NCBI GenBank assembly: GCA_025210395.1
Contig: JAOARV010000031.1
Coordinates: 66,646 to 106,645, forward strand
DNA from: Marinisporobacter sp.
Lineage (GTDB): Bacteria; Bacillota; Clostridia; Peptostreptococcales; Thermotaleaceae
Length of the DNA stretch: 40,000 nucleotides
Direction: 5' to 3'
Shown: positions 9,522-18,104 of the stretch, piece after piece
Layout of the letters: each line of letters starts with the position of its first letter
Position numbering within the stretch: position 1 is the stretch's first letter
Program-made: the position numbers and the translations under genes
The notes under the pieces: model-generated
Databases searched by the model: none
What the model was told of the DNA's origin: nothing
What the model saw: only the letters and a program-made list of their open reading frames with translations

Positions 9522-9556
9522 AAAAATCTCTTTAGCTTTTGCTAAAGAGATTTTTA
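9522..9556 (+). terminator. Rho-independent terminator
   Basis: AAAAATCTCTTTAGC, loop TTTT, GCTAAAGAGATTTTT: a perfect 15-bp stem ending in a T-run. Confidence 0.8.
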
Positions 9557-9697
9557 TAATATATATGTATTCATCAATCTTATGCTTTAATGAATACAAA
9601 ACAAGATCCTATCTTTTGAAAAAATGTGATTTATTTTCTTTTTCTATAATTTCTCATTTTATGGTATGATATAAAGGATGAAAGGAAGTGGATTTAA

Positions 9698-10414
9698 ATG
9701 TTTCGAACAATATATATCATTTTCTATTTTATTATGGATCAAATATTATTAATACCTCAAGCATGGAAGGTTGAAAAACTAGAAAAGCAAGGAAAAATAA
9801 AAGAAATGCAGGATCTATTGCATACTATTTCACATACATGGGGTAAACGCCTTGTCCATGCAAGTGGCTCAAAAGTAAATATATCAGGACTTGAAAATGT
9901 ACCAGAAGGACCTGTTGTATTCATTAGCAACCATCAAGGCAATTTTGATATTCCTATACTATTAGGCTTTATAGATAAACCGAAGGCATTTATAGCAAAA
10001 ATAGAGCTTTCAAAAATCCCTGTATTTAGTAAATGGATCAAAAAAATAAGATGTATTTTTATCGATAGAAATGATCCTAGACAATCCCTAAGAGCTATTA
10101 ATGATGGGGTAAAAACTTTAAAAGAAGGTCATTCTATGATCATCTTCCCTGAAGGTACTAGAAGCAAAGGTCCTAAAATATCAGAATTTAAAAAAGGAAG
10201 CTTACGCCTTGCTACAAAAGCAAAGGTTCCTATTGTTCCGATCACCATTGATGGTACTTACAAAATCATGGAAGCTAACGGAAAGTTAAACATCAAACCA
10301 GCAGAGGTGAAACTAACTATTTCTGACCCTATTTATACAGATCACCTTACGAAGGAAGAAGAAAGTGGTTTGAGTGATCGCGTTTATGAGATTATCAAAA
10401 GTCATTTAAGCTAA
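9698..10414 (+). CDS. plsC: 1-acyl-sn-glycerol-3-phosphate acyltransferase
   Basis: 238 aa with acyltransferase motifs NHQGNFD (HX4D) and FPEGTRS. Confidence 0.9.
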   Translation: MFRTIYIIFYFIMDQILLIPQAWKVEKLEKQGKIKEMQDLLHTISHTWGKRLVHASGSKVNISGLENVPEGPVVFISNHQGNFDIPILLGFIDKPKAFIAKIELSKIPVFSKWIKKIRCIFIDRNDPRQSLRAINDGVKTLKEGHSMIIFPEGTRSKGPKISEFKKGSLRLATKAKVPIVPITIDGTYKIMEANGKLNIKPAEVKLTISDPIYTDHLTKEEESGLSDRVYEIIKSHLS

Positions 10415-10454
10415 TCAAAACAAGCTAGACAATAAATGCTTTTACAAAAAAATT

Positions 10455-10479
10455 TAGGCTAGGGATAACCCCTAGCCTA
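10455..10479. terminator. Bidirectional hairpin at the plsC / tail-cluster junction
   Basis: TAGGCTAGGG, loop ATAA, CCCTAGCCTA. A T-run follows on the - strand (AAATTTTTTTG) and TTTC on the + strand. Overlaps the holin stop codon. Confidence 0.65.
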
Positions 10480-10885
10480 TTTCATTATTCTCCTCTTTCA
10501 TTTTTTTCAATACCTTCACGATAAAGCTTGGAAGAGGTACACCCAAAACTCCAATATTTTCTATAATGGATATACCTTCATTGGCAATATAAAAATAAAT
10601 AGTCATCCCTCTAAATACAGGCTGCTCCCCACCTGTTGCCAAATCCATCTGATGTGCCAAAACAATCACAATAAAAATAGCCGCCTTCTTCAGCAGCCCT
10701 CGGTGTCCAATCTCACTGGATATTTCTTTATTTTTTAGCCCTTTCATCAATCCTGTTATATAGTCCGTTATCATCAATATTACTAAAATGTTTATAATGT
10801 TGTTCCACTCTCCAATCAATGCACTCATCACAGTTCCTAACCCTGCTAAAGCCATGTTTAGTGTTATTTTTAGGTTCATTAGCAT
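10472..10885 (-). CDS. Phage holin (toxin-secretion/phage-lysis holin family, phi LC3/TcdE-like)
   Basis: 137 aa, 3-4 TM. MITDYITGLMKG...YIANEGISIIENIG is the family signature. The true start may be the third codon (ATG 10879), 6 nt after AGGAAG. Confidence 0.8.
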   Translation of the reverse strand: MLMNLKITLNMALAGLGTVMSALIGEWNNIINILVILMITDYITGLMKGLKNKEISSEIGHRGLLKKAAIFIVIVLAHQMDLATGGEQPVFRGMTIYFYIANEGISIIENIGVLGVPLPSFIVKVLKKMKEENNEIG

Positions 10886-10922
10886 CTTCCTTTTTTAGTA
10901 TTGTTTGTGTCTCATTTTTTTC

Positions 10923-11057
10923 CTATTGTGTAATTTGTGGCGTTGCTAAAATCATATCTCTTTCTTGTTCTGTAATTCTTCCACGAGTACATTGCGTGCT
11001 AACAAATTTTTCGTCTACTTTTCTTAGAATCCACATGTTTAAAATAAAATTATACAT
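10923..11057 (-). CDS. XkdX-family small phage protein (copy 2)
   Basis: Below the track cutoff. My translation: MYNFILNMWILRKVDEKFVSTQCTRGRITEQERDMILATPQITQ* (44 aa). Has the G-x-IT-x-E/Q motif and sits at the end of a tail-fibre cassette, as XkdX does. Confidence 0.5.
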   Translation of the reverse strand: MYNFILNMWILRKVDEKFVSTQCTRGRITEQERDMILATPQITQ

Positions 11058-11060
11058 ATT

Positions 11061-11189
11061 CTATCCCTCCATCATAATATTTACAAGTGCCTGTTCTAAT
11101 GCTTCAATACGTTCTTTTTCTGTTGGTTTCTTTGATTGTTCTTTTTCTTTATCAATTTCTTTTTGCGTTTTCCATGGTATATTCGCCAT
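11061..11189 (-). CDS. Small phage protein (42 aa, charged/coiled)
   Basis: My translation: MANIPWKTQKEIDKEKEQSKKPTEKERIEALEQALVNIMMEG*. ATG 11189 is preceded by AGGAGGTG. Positionally equivalent to the 42-aa ORF at 14427..14555. Confidence 0.5.
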   Translation of the reverse strand: MANIPWKTQKEIDKEKEQSKKPTEKERIEALEQALVNIMMEG

Positions 11190-11191
11190 AG

Positions 11192-11467
11192 TTACACCTC
11201 CTGCCAAGTTGGAAATTTTTCTTTCTTTGTTGCATCTTTTCCTATGTAATTAATTAAAATCACACTCAAAATACCATCTTTTCTTTCAGCACTAATAATT
11301 GGATTTATAGACAAACTTGTTTCTATTTCTTCTTTTGCTTTTCCATCTGCCATAGCAGAAAAATCGAATGTATCTGTTATATTGTCTAATGTTACTGATA
11401 TTTTTTCTTCCTCAAATGCATAATTAATTTTTTGATCACTTCTTTGTGGGCTATATAATATCCTCAC
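11192..11467 (-). CDS. Phage hypothetical protein downstream of fibre 2 (XkdW position)
   Basis: Track ORF is 11192..11500. GTG at 11467 (MRILYSPQRSDQK...) is preferred because GGAGGTGGAAATA precedes it and it overlaps the upstream stop by 1 nt. No recognised domain. Confidence 0.55.
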   Translation of the reverse strand: MRILYSPQRSDQKINYAFEEEKISVTLDNITDTFDFSAMADGKAKEEIETSLSINPIISAERKDGILSVILINYIGKDATKKEKFPTWQEV

Positions 11468-11982
11468 TATTTCCACCTCCCAATTGCAAAAACATTGCAA
11501 TTACTTATACTGTCACCATCTTGAAAATCTGTCATTCCATTTATTCGCCTCATAGAAAATTGTGCAACCCCAGTACTTTTGTAACTACATCCACTTAGTC
11601 CTATCATATCTCTGCTTGGTGTTATATTTACATCAGCAGAATTACTAGAAAGTAGAAAAAATACATTTCCGATTGCGATAAATGATGCTGGAAAATTCCA
11701 AGTTGAATCAAGATATTCGTTGCTTTCATACCCTAATGATAAGGTGTTCCAGCATATTTGTGTACCATCATCGAATCTAATATATTCTCCATTACTATTG
11801 CTACCGCTTTCTGTTATATGTTTTTTCGTACTTTCTGCCTGATGCGACATAATCTTTTGATTAACTCCCTTTAAAGCCTGATCAATCTTAGCATTATCCT
11901 CCACAAAATCTGATCTCTTTGGATATTCATTTCCTTCCCATTGATTTAACCCTAAATATTCTGTTCTATTTTTACTTGGCAT
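11467..11982 (-). CDS. Short tail fibre / receptor-binding protein (copy 2)
   Basis: 171 aa. N-terminus YLGLNQWEGNEYPKRSDFVEDNAKIDQAL is the common fibre N-terminal adaptor motif. C-terminus ...GEYIRFDDGTQICW...NVFAIGRWK is a gp53-like knob ending in AIGxW. Confidence 0.7.
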   Translation of the reverse strand: MPSKNRTEYLGLNQWEGNEYPKRSDFVEDNAKIDQALKGVNQKIMSHQAESTKKHITESGSNSNGEYIRFDDGTQICWNTLSLGYESNEYLDSTWNFPASFIAIGNVFFLLSSNSADVNITPSRDMIGLSGCSYKSTGVAQFSMRRINGMTDFQDGDSISNCNVFAIGRWK

Positions 11983-12615
11983 TTACGACACCTCTCTTCT
12001 ACTCATTGCTTTTTCAATCAACACTAATAAAGGTCCAAAATCAGGTTTTTCTTTAATAACATTTCTCCAATACTCTGGACTTAAAATGATATTATCTTTT
12101 AATCTTTCAATAGCCTCTATTCCTTTTTCTATTCTCCAGTCATTTGTAGGCTTTAATAGCTCTTGGTCTACTTGCTCTAAATGATATTCCTCTATAATCT
12201 GTTGAAGTTTTTTAGGATAATGTGGATCTGTGGCATATCCTGCTTTGTATACTTCATTGGTAGCTTCTAAATAATCTTTTGCCTTGCAAACATTTTTATA
12301 TCTATTGACGGTACCGATGAGTCTTTGATAGTCCCTTACACTATCTTCTAAATGATCATAAGCTCTAAATGTAGCCTGTACAGTTATCATTTTTTCTCCA
12401 TTCCATTCCTTTGTAGGTAATGTAATTGTTTTTCCTTTCCAGTACTTTCCCGTTTTGAAGCCAAAATAATTGTTTGCACTCCCCATATGCTTCGTTCCAA
12501 AGCTACTTTCAAGACAAGCTTGTGCAATACATAGTGCTGGTAAAATATTATATTTTTCATAGCCTTCCTTTGCAATAGGTATCAATTGATTGATAAAATC
12601 CTGCTTATTCATCAT
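11983..12615 (-). CDS. Mannosyl-glycoprotein endo-beta-N-acetylglucosaminidase (GH73) with an unassigned C-terminal tail of about 60 aa
   Basis: 210 aa. LCIAQACLESSFGTKH...NNYFGFK...YATDPHYPKKL are GH73/LytD-type motifs. Start overlaps the XkdU-2 stop (ATGA) and the stop abuts the fibre-2 start. Confidence 0.8.
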   Translation of the reverse strand: MMNKQDFINQLIPIAKEGYEKYNILPALCIAQACLESSFGTKHMGSANNYFGFKTGKYWKGKTITLPTKEWNGEKMITVQATFRAYDHLEDSVRDYQRLIGTVNRYKNVCKAKDYLEATNEVYKAGYATDPHYPKKLQQIIEEYHLEQVDQELLKPTNDWRIEKGIEAIERLKDNIILSPEYWRNVIKEKPDFGPLLVLIEKAMSRREVS

Positions 12616-13163
12616 CGTACCCCCTTATAAATTTCAAATTCATCCCAACTAAGATTTAACTGATCCCACTTATCCCAAGTTTTATTGTAATCATCAAATT
12701 CATTCCAAATGAGATAATTAAAAATATATGCTATTGCCAGATGGGCAGGCTTTATATCTTCTAAAGCCTGCTTTAAATCCTCCATATTTGGAGGGATTCC
12801 ATACACACTCTCAAACTCAATGTGGATTTTTCCATCAAAGGTTACTTTCACATCCCCATTTGTATATGCATCTGCTACGAGTTTGATTAGGTTTCTATCT
12901 ACCTTTCCAGCACCTCTCCATTTAGATTTGATAGTACTTCTTCGTTCCTCATAAGGTCTATTTAGGTCTGTTGGTATCCCTAATTCTTTTTCATAAAGCT
13001 CTAGTGCCCATGTAGCTGTGTCAATTGCTAGTTGTTTCTCTAAATCTTTTATCATTAATGCTTTTCTATCAAGCTCTTGTCCCTGTACACTTATAAGCTC
13101 TTGAAAAACCTTGCTCTTTTGCTCAAAGATAGGTAAATACTTTAACATTCTTTCTTTAACCAA
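12612..13163 (-). CDS. XkdU/YmfQ-like baseplate protein (DUF2313), copy 2
   Basis: 183 aa. YLP..., ...RRSTIKSKWRG.G..., ...IPPNMEDLKQALEDIKPAHL are DUF2313 hallmarks. TTG start behind AGGAGGGG. Confidence 0.75.
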   Translation of the reverse strand: MVKERMLKYLPIFEQKSKVFQELISVQGQELDRKALMIKDLEKQLAIDTATWALELYEKELGIPTDLNRPYEERRSTIKSKWRGAGKVDRNLIKLVADAYTNGDVKVTFDGKIHIEFESVYGIPPNMEDLKQALEDIKPAHLAIAYIFNYLIWNEFDDYNKTWDKWDQLNLSWDEFEIYKGVR

Positions 13164-14223
13164 TATTCACCCCTCCTAACACAGATACTTGTTCATTTAC
13201 TATAGAAATATTTTTATTCTGCCCATTAATCCTTAACTCAGAAAAATCAATAATCCCTATAGAGTCTAATATAATACTTGTAATTTTGTTGTAGCTTACC
13301 TTATTTTCTTTAAATGCAATCTCTTTTAAATAAGCACTAATATTTTTCTTTACATCTTCTTTGATAGCTACGTCTGTCACGGCAAGATCTTTTTCTGTAA
13401 CCTTAAAATATATATCTAAAGTTATAGGAGTAGCACTTACAACAGTGCAAAAAGCACCTATAGGTGCTTTTCCTTCTCCTAATCCCTTTGCCTCTGGGTC
13501 AATATATTGTTGAACTTTTCTTGCTAAATCTGCATTAGGTTTTTTCTCCTTGTCTATAATGATCACTTTAACGGTATTCGGTTGATCATTAGGAAGAGAA
13601 ATCACCTTTACGTCTCCTACACCTGTAACTTCCTTTGCCCAGTTTCGATAATGATACTTATTCCCCGATGTAGCAGGAGTCTGTATCCTTTCATAATATC
13701 TTTGCAAAAGCTCTTGGTCACTTTCTGCTTCATAACCATTTTTAAACTCTTTTTGATTCGTTACATTTTTAAGCCCTGTGAGGGTAGCAGGGAAAGATTT
13801 GATAGCTCCTATAGGTACATTTCCTATAGAACCATATTCTTCACACGCTACTAAAATATCTACTTGTCCCTGATCAATAGTTTTGTTTTCCTTTATGATG
13901 AAATTTACCGTATCACTTGCAACTAAATCATTTTCTTTTACCTTTGCACCTATATTACCTATAATAGTCACATATCCACTTGCTTTTGTTGCAGCCTTTC
14001 TTTTAATCCCTGTTCTCTCATAAACTCTTTGTTCTAGCTCTAAACCTTTTAGATTCTTCATCATGAGTTTTCCTTCTACTACTTTTATTTCTTTTCCTAT
14101 GCTTTCTAATTCAATGGCAGTAGGCTTTAATGCATCATAAAAAAAAGAGCCTTCAGATTTGTCATAAGTCTCTGATATGCTCCTAAGCATTCTATTTTGT
14201 ATGGTTTCTTTATTTTCTACCAT
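13156..14223 (-). CDS. Baseplate J-like protein (XkdT/gp47 family), copy 2
   Basis: Track ORF is 13156..14250. ATG 14223 (MVENKETIQNRM...) is preferred because AAGGAGGTG lies 7 nt upstream. Conserved blocks SEGSFFYDALKP and TPATSGNKYHYRNWAKEV. Confidence 0.8.
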   Translation of the reverse strand: MVENKETIQNRMLRSISETYDKSEGSFFYDALKPTAIELESIGKEIKVVEGKLMMKNLKGLELEQRVYERTGIKRKAATKASGYVTIIGNIGAKVKENDLVASDTVNFIIKENKTIDQGQVDILVACEEYGSIGNVPIGAIKSFPATLTGLKNVTNQKEFKNGYEAESDQELLQRYYERIQTPATSGNKYHYRNWAKEVTGVGDVKVISLPNDQPNTVKVIIIDKEKKPNADLARKVQQYIDPEAKGLGEGKAPIGAFCTVVSATPITLDIYFKVTEKDLAVTDVAIKEDVKKNISAYLKEIAFKENKVSYNKITSIILDSIGIIDFSELRINGQNKNISIVNEQVSVLGGVNIG

Positions 14224-14249
14224 GAGTTTCACCTCCTTATAAAAGTGCA

Positions 14250-14278
14250 TAAAAATAACACCTGGTTTAAATGGTGTT
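14250..14278 (-). terminator. Intrinsic terminator between fibre cassette 1 and cassette 2
   Basis: On the - strand: AACACC, loop ATTTAAACCA, GGTGTT, then ATTTTTAT. The stem pairs 14257..14262 with 14273..14278. A short 6-bp stem. Confidence 0.5.
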
Positions 14279-14305
14279 TATAGTAAATTCAATGATATTC
14301 TTCCT

Positions 14306-14434
14306 TTATGATGCAACAATTTCCTCATACTGATCTTGTGTAATCCATCCTAACCTTAGTATTCTATCTAGTTGTTCTTTTGTCATCCAATTATTAGAGT
14401 AATATTCCCTTGCAATTTTGTACCAATCATGCAT
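14306..14434 (-). CDS. XkdX-family small phage protein (copy 1)
   Basis: My translation: MHDWYKIAREYYSNNWMTKEQLDRILRLGWITQDQYEEIVAS* (42 aa), a textbook XkdX pattern (W..y....t.eq....v..g.IT.eqYeeI). RBS AGAGGAGGAAAAG. Confidence 0.7.
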   Translation of the reverse strand: MHDWYKIAREYYSNNWMTKEQLDRILRLGWITQDQYEEIVAS

Positions 14435-14555
14435 TTTCTTTTCCTCCTCTTAATAAATCTAATTCAATCTGCAAGTCAATGACCTTCTGTGCTAATATTT
14501 CTATATCATTAGATGCTTTTTCAATTTCTACTGGACTTTTAACAACTACTTTCAA
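14427..14555 (-). CDS. Small phage protein (42 aa, coiled)
   Basis: TTG 14555 follows AGGGAGGGATAGAC. My translation: (M)KVVVKSPVEIEKASNDIEILAQKVIDLQIELDLLRGGKENA*. Overlaps the XkdX-1 start (ATGCATGA). Confidence 0.45.
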   Translation of the reverse strand: MKVVVKSPVEIEKASNDIEILAQKVIDLQIELDLLRGGKENA

Positions 14556-14557
14556 GT

Positions 14558-15013
14558 CTATCCCTCCCTTATCTCTATGACATTGATTTGTACTTCATCA
14601 AGAGTAATCGTATCTTTTGTAACAGAAAACCATGCAAGTCTGTCAATCATGTTGCTTGGTACTTTATCAAAATGTGATTCTAACTTTCCGATTTCTTTTG
14701 ATAATACGGTGATTCCATCTTCACAAAGCCACACTTCATAGTCATATCCCGTGGATATTTGGATTTCTGCTCCATCCAGTGGAATTTTAGTTCCTGTTGG
14801 TACTTGCTTCTTTATTTCTACTTCTTGCTGTGTTTCTTCATCCCACACTGTTTCTGTTACTGTGGTCATTTCTTCTGTATAATTTTTAAATAATTCCTTA
14901 TTTCCTGCTGTGTAATGAGTTCCGTCAATTTTTAGTTTCATGCCTTCTGTTGTTACTTTGAAGTCATGTAAAGCAGTATCAAGACTTCCTGTTACTACAT
15001 GTAGTGTTATCAT
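14558..15013 (-). CDS. Phage hypothetical protein downstream of fibre 1 (possible fibre accessory/chaperone)
   Basis: 151 aa, RBS AAGGAGGAATAATT. No motif recognised; function inferred only from position. Confidence 0.5.
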   Translation of the reverse strand: MITLHVVTGSLDTALHDFKVTTEGMKLKIDGTHYTAGNKELFKNYTEEMTTVTETVWDEETQQEVEIKKQVPTGTKIPLDGAEIQISTGYDYEVWLCEDGITVLSKEIGKLESHFDKVPSNMIDRLAWFSVTKDTITLDEVQINVIEIREG

Positions 15014-15025
15014 AATTATTCCTCC

Positions 15026-17545
15026 TTATTTTCCTATTGCCATCCATGTAATCCACACTTTTTTTAAAGAATCTTCTGTAGATACCTTTAAATATGGAGT
15101 GAAAGACGTTGTTGTTGGTTTTTCCATACCAATATAATCAATGTACTGACTCCAACCAGCACCAGTTATAAATATAGTTGGATTGTTTGAAAATGCTCTT
15201 TTAAATGTAATAGCACTAGAAAAACCTTGGGTGATAGGTGTTTCAAAAATACCGTACTCAATCCTCTCCCCATCACCTTTAATCATAGTATCTTTAATCT
15301 CTTTATTAATTCCCGCAATATCTCCTTCGACTTCGCCTACATGTTCTACTAACTTATTATGACTTTCACGTAAGTTTTCTTCATACTTGATTTGTGCATT
15401 TGCTAGTTGATTGTTATATTCTTCGTCTAGCATTTCATAGAGGACATAATATTCGGCTTGTGAATCATATTTTGTTGATAAATCTTCTTTTTTGATATAA
15501 AGTCTGCTTTTTCCGTAAGCAGATGCTATAGACCAAGTCCAATTATCATCATCTATAGTAAAATTTCCATCCTTTTTCTTATAAATAGATTTTATATGCT
15601 TTGTTTTATAATTAAGGTGATTGGGTAACACTATATTATTTATATACACATATTCATTAGCTCTTAATATTTCAGGTATTGCCTTTTCCCAAACTAAACC
15701 ACTTCCAACTTCAACGGTATTCATTCCCTCAACGGTAGCAAGCCCCTCACTACCAAAAGGAATATCTAAGTCTACTTCTTCTTCGTAAGGGTTTTCTAGT
15801 GCGTAGAAAAGTTCGTAATATTTTATAAAACCTTCAATGATAGCTGGGGATCGTTCAATAGGGACATTTCCTGAAAAATCATATCCGTTAGTTGAATATG
15901 AATTTAAATTTTCATCATTGAAATAACACCATGCTTTTGTACCGGATGTGTAAGGGGTATCATAATCATCTAAGTCCTTTTGATACATCTTCCATCCCAT
16001 CATAAATGCCTTAATTTCATCTTCCGTTGGTGTGTAAGATTCTCCCCATCCTGTGTCTGTGTTGGAAATCGTTAGATATAAAGCGCGATCCGCATCTGAA
16101 TACATCATATATTGATCTGAATTGTCGGTAGGACTAGAATGGGTTAAAATTTTACCATTATATTTTTTCAAGATATTTTTTTCCCATATAGAATTAATTC
16201 CTACATTCGCACTTTTTATTCTCTTATATTCTTTAACAGCAAAAATTAACTCCCAATCTAAATTTTCATCTAGTTTAACTCTTTTAACTTTTCTTTCCAC
16301 AATTCCCTTAGTCCCCTTAATCTCTCTCAAATTATCCCTATAAGAGGTGTTAGGAATTTCAGCTAAATGAGTAGGTAAAATTGCTAATGATTCTTTGTAA
16401 GGGGTATATGGTAGTGGAATTGTTCCTTCGTTTAATTGTATTTTAAAAGAGTAATTATTGAATGTAGTACCACTTGGAAACCATAATTGGAAAAACGCTA
16501 CTGGATTACTGTAATTAAATATCTGTGGTGGTGCTCCATCTGAAACCCTATAGTCTAAGTAGTGAGTGGTATCTCTTTTTCTTAAAACTATATTCACAAC
16601 GCCATTACCAACAACATCCAACAAGTTCATATTATATTGGGTATCCTTCTTGAGAACTTGGATATGTGAATCATACCAAGTACTTATTATACTTTGAGCA
16701 AATTTAAAGCCATCTGTTAGTTTCACATGGGTCGATGCTGTTGCCGTACCATGCAATACTACTTTATTTTCTTTTACAGTAATAGTAACACCATTTGCTG
16801 TAATACTACCTTGTGTTAGTTTAAGTAAATTTTCCCTAACCAACTTCACATAAGGGTGCTCAAGAGGTTGCGCTGATTCACAGTAAGGTACATCTTGGTT
16901 TGTCCAATCACCCTCAAGAATCATTACTTGATTAAACTTAATTGTTTTTCCATCTTCAACAATATCAGCATGGATATACAATCCTAATTCTATTGCATCT
17001 TTTTTCAAAAAAACTTTTTGTTTTCCACTTGACATATTAAAATAGCTGTAACCTTCTTTGTTTTTTAAATATCCTTTTAAGCCATAGGATGTATCATCAG
17101 AAACTATATTTGCAATAATAGTATAAGTTTTATTAGCTTTTATGTCTATTGGTAACTTCGATACTCTATGTATTGCATCATGCAAGACAGTTACACCTTC
17201 ACTACCACTTGATAGCATCCCTGACCAATTTCCATAATCATTACCATTATTAGCATAATTCACAACCATTTTACCTTCCATACTCACATCAACAGGACTT
17301 GCTACTTTTGAACTAAAGTGTTCTATCACAGAAGGATAATTTACTATCTTTACTGCCTTGTCTAGTTTATGAATTACTTCGTTATTTAGTTTTGTTATCC
17401 TATCTCTATCCGCTTCTATTCCTTGATCAATCTTATCCCAATTATCATTCAGCATTGTTTTTATATCAAAATATTCATTGCCATCTGTTTCAGGATTCTT
17501 TTTACATAGTTTTAAGTTTTTTGTTTCAGTTGCCAATTGGCTCAC
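15026..17545 (-). CDS. Long tail fibre / receptor-binding protein (copy 1)
   Basis: 839 aa. N-terminus NLKLCKKNPETDGNEYFDIKTMLNDNWDKIDQGI is the fibre adaptor motif. C-terminus ...ITFKRAFSNNPTIFITGAGW...VWITWMAIGK is a gp53-like knob. The real start is more likely TTG 17536, 8 nt after AGGAGG, than the track GTG 17545. Confidence 0.75.
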   Translation of the reverse strand: MSQLATETKNLKLCKKNPETDGNEYFDIKTMLNDNWDKIDQGIEADRDRITKLNNEVIHKLDKAVKIVNYPSVIEHFSSKVASPVDVSMEGKMVVNYANNGNDYGNWSGMLSSGSEGVTVLHDAIHRVSKLPIDIKANKTYTIIANIVSDDTSYGLKGYLKNKEGYSYFNMSSGKQKVFLKKDAIELGLYIHADIVEDGKTIKFNQVMILEGDWTNQDVPYCESAQPLEHPYVKLVRENLLKLTQGSITANGVTITVKENKVVLHGTATASTHVKLTDGFKFAQSIISTWYDSHIQVLKKDTQYNMNLLDVVGNGVVNIVLRKRDTTHYLDYRVSDGAPPQIFNYSNPVAFFQLWFPSGTTFNNYSFKIQLNEGTIPLPYTPYKESLAILPTHLAEIPNTSYRDNLREIKGTKGIVERKVKRVKLDENLDWELIFAVKEYKRIKSANVGINSIWEKNILKKYNGKILTHSSPTDNSDQYMMYSDADRALYLTISNTDTGWGESYTPTEDEIKAFMMGWKMYQKDLDDYDTPYTSGTKAWCYFNDENLNSYSTNGYDFSGNVPIERSPAIIEGFIKYYELFYALENPYEEEVDLDIPFGSEGLATVEGMNTVEVGSGLVWEKAIPEILRANEYVYINNIVLPNHLNYKTKHIKSIYKKKDGNFTIDDDNWTWSIASAYGKSRLYIKKEDLSTKYDSQAEYYVLYEMLDEEYNNQLANAQIKYEENLRESHNKLVEHVGEVEGDIAGINKEIKDTMIKGDGERIEYGIFETPITQGFSSAITFKRAFSNNPTIFITGAGWSQYIDYIGMEKPTTTSFTPYLKVSTEDSLKKVWITWMAIGK

Positions 17546-18104
17546 CTCCTAAAATAATTGGTACAAATGGTGAAAAATCTGTTAATCTTCTTTTTTGTAT
17601 TTCATTGATGGTTAGCTTTTGTACTTGATTGATGATCAGATACTTAAATTCATATTCTACAATTAAGTGTGCTGGCTTTATTTCTTCTATGGCATTTTTT
17701 AAATCTTCAAGGTTTGGGGGTGCACCTAGTGTATCCATGAATTTGATGATGAATTTATTATTTACAATACATTCCTCATTTTCAATAACTTCAATCTTTC
17801 CTTTTTCATAGCTTTGAGCAACATTTTCTAAGAGCTTTACAGTGACAGTTCCTATTCCTCTAAGCTTTGATTTGATGATACTTCTTCGAAATAGTGTATC
17901 TTTTTCATTACTGATGGGAATTCCTAGATCTTTTTCCCATCTTTCAAGATTCTTGTCTGCTGTATCTATAAAGAATTGATTGATATTTTCTTGTATCTTT
18001 TGCATCAATTGTTCTAGTTGCTTTTCCTCGGTGGTCATGAGATTTTTCATGACCTTGCTTTTTCTATAATACCCTGGAAGGTAGCTCATTAGCTTTTGTT
18101 CCAT
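17526..18104 (-). CDS. XkdU/YmfQ-like baseplate protein (DUF2313), copy 1
   Basis: 192 aa. SYLPGYY..., ...RRSIIKSKLRG.G..., ...APPNLEDLKNAIEEIKPAHL. RBS GAGGGGGGTG. Confidence 0.75.
   Translation of the reverse strand: MEQKLMSYLPGYYRKSKVMKNLMTTEEKQLEQLMQKIQENINQFFIDTADKNLERWEKDLGIPISNEKDTLFRRSIIKSKLRGIGTVTVKLLENVAQSYEKGKIEVIENEECIVNNKFIIKFMDTLGAPPNLEDLKNAIEEIKPAHLIVEYEFKYLIINQVQKLTINEIQKRRLTDFSPFVPIILGGEPIGN

Noticed and set aside
10819-11253. 144-aa + strand ORF, and similar antisense ORFs (13582..13854, 16122..16343, 18720..19052, 24085..24561, 26736..27137, 36510..36842 and others)
   Set aside because: All are antisense to well-supported - strand genes, lack an RBS and have S/F/L/I-rich composition typical of reverse-frame artefacts.
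12387-12575. Nested same-strand alternative-frame ORFs (12387..12575 inside the GH73 gene; 20632..20835 inside the XkdQ-like gene)
   Set aside because: Fully contained in longer ORFs with clear family motifs. No independent translation signals.
11467-17545. Fibre-switching by DNA inversion (Gin/Cin-type shufflon) or a diversity-generating retroelement
   Set aside because: The two cassettes are co-oriented. No invertase or reverse transcriptase gene is present, and no inverted repeats or template-repeat/variable-repeat pair were noticed around the fibre 3' ends.
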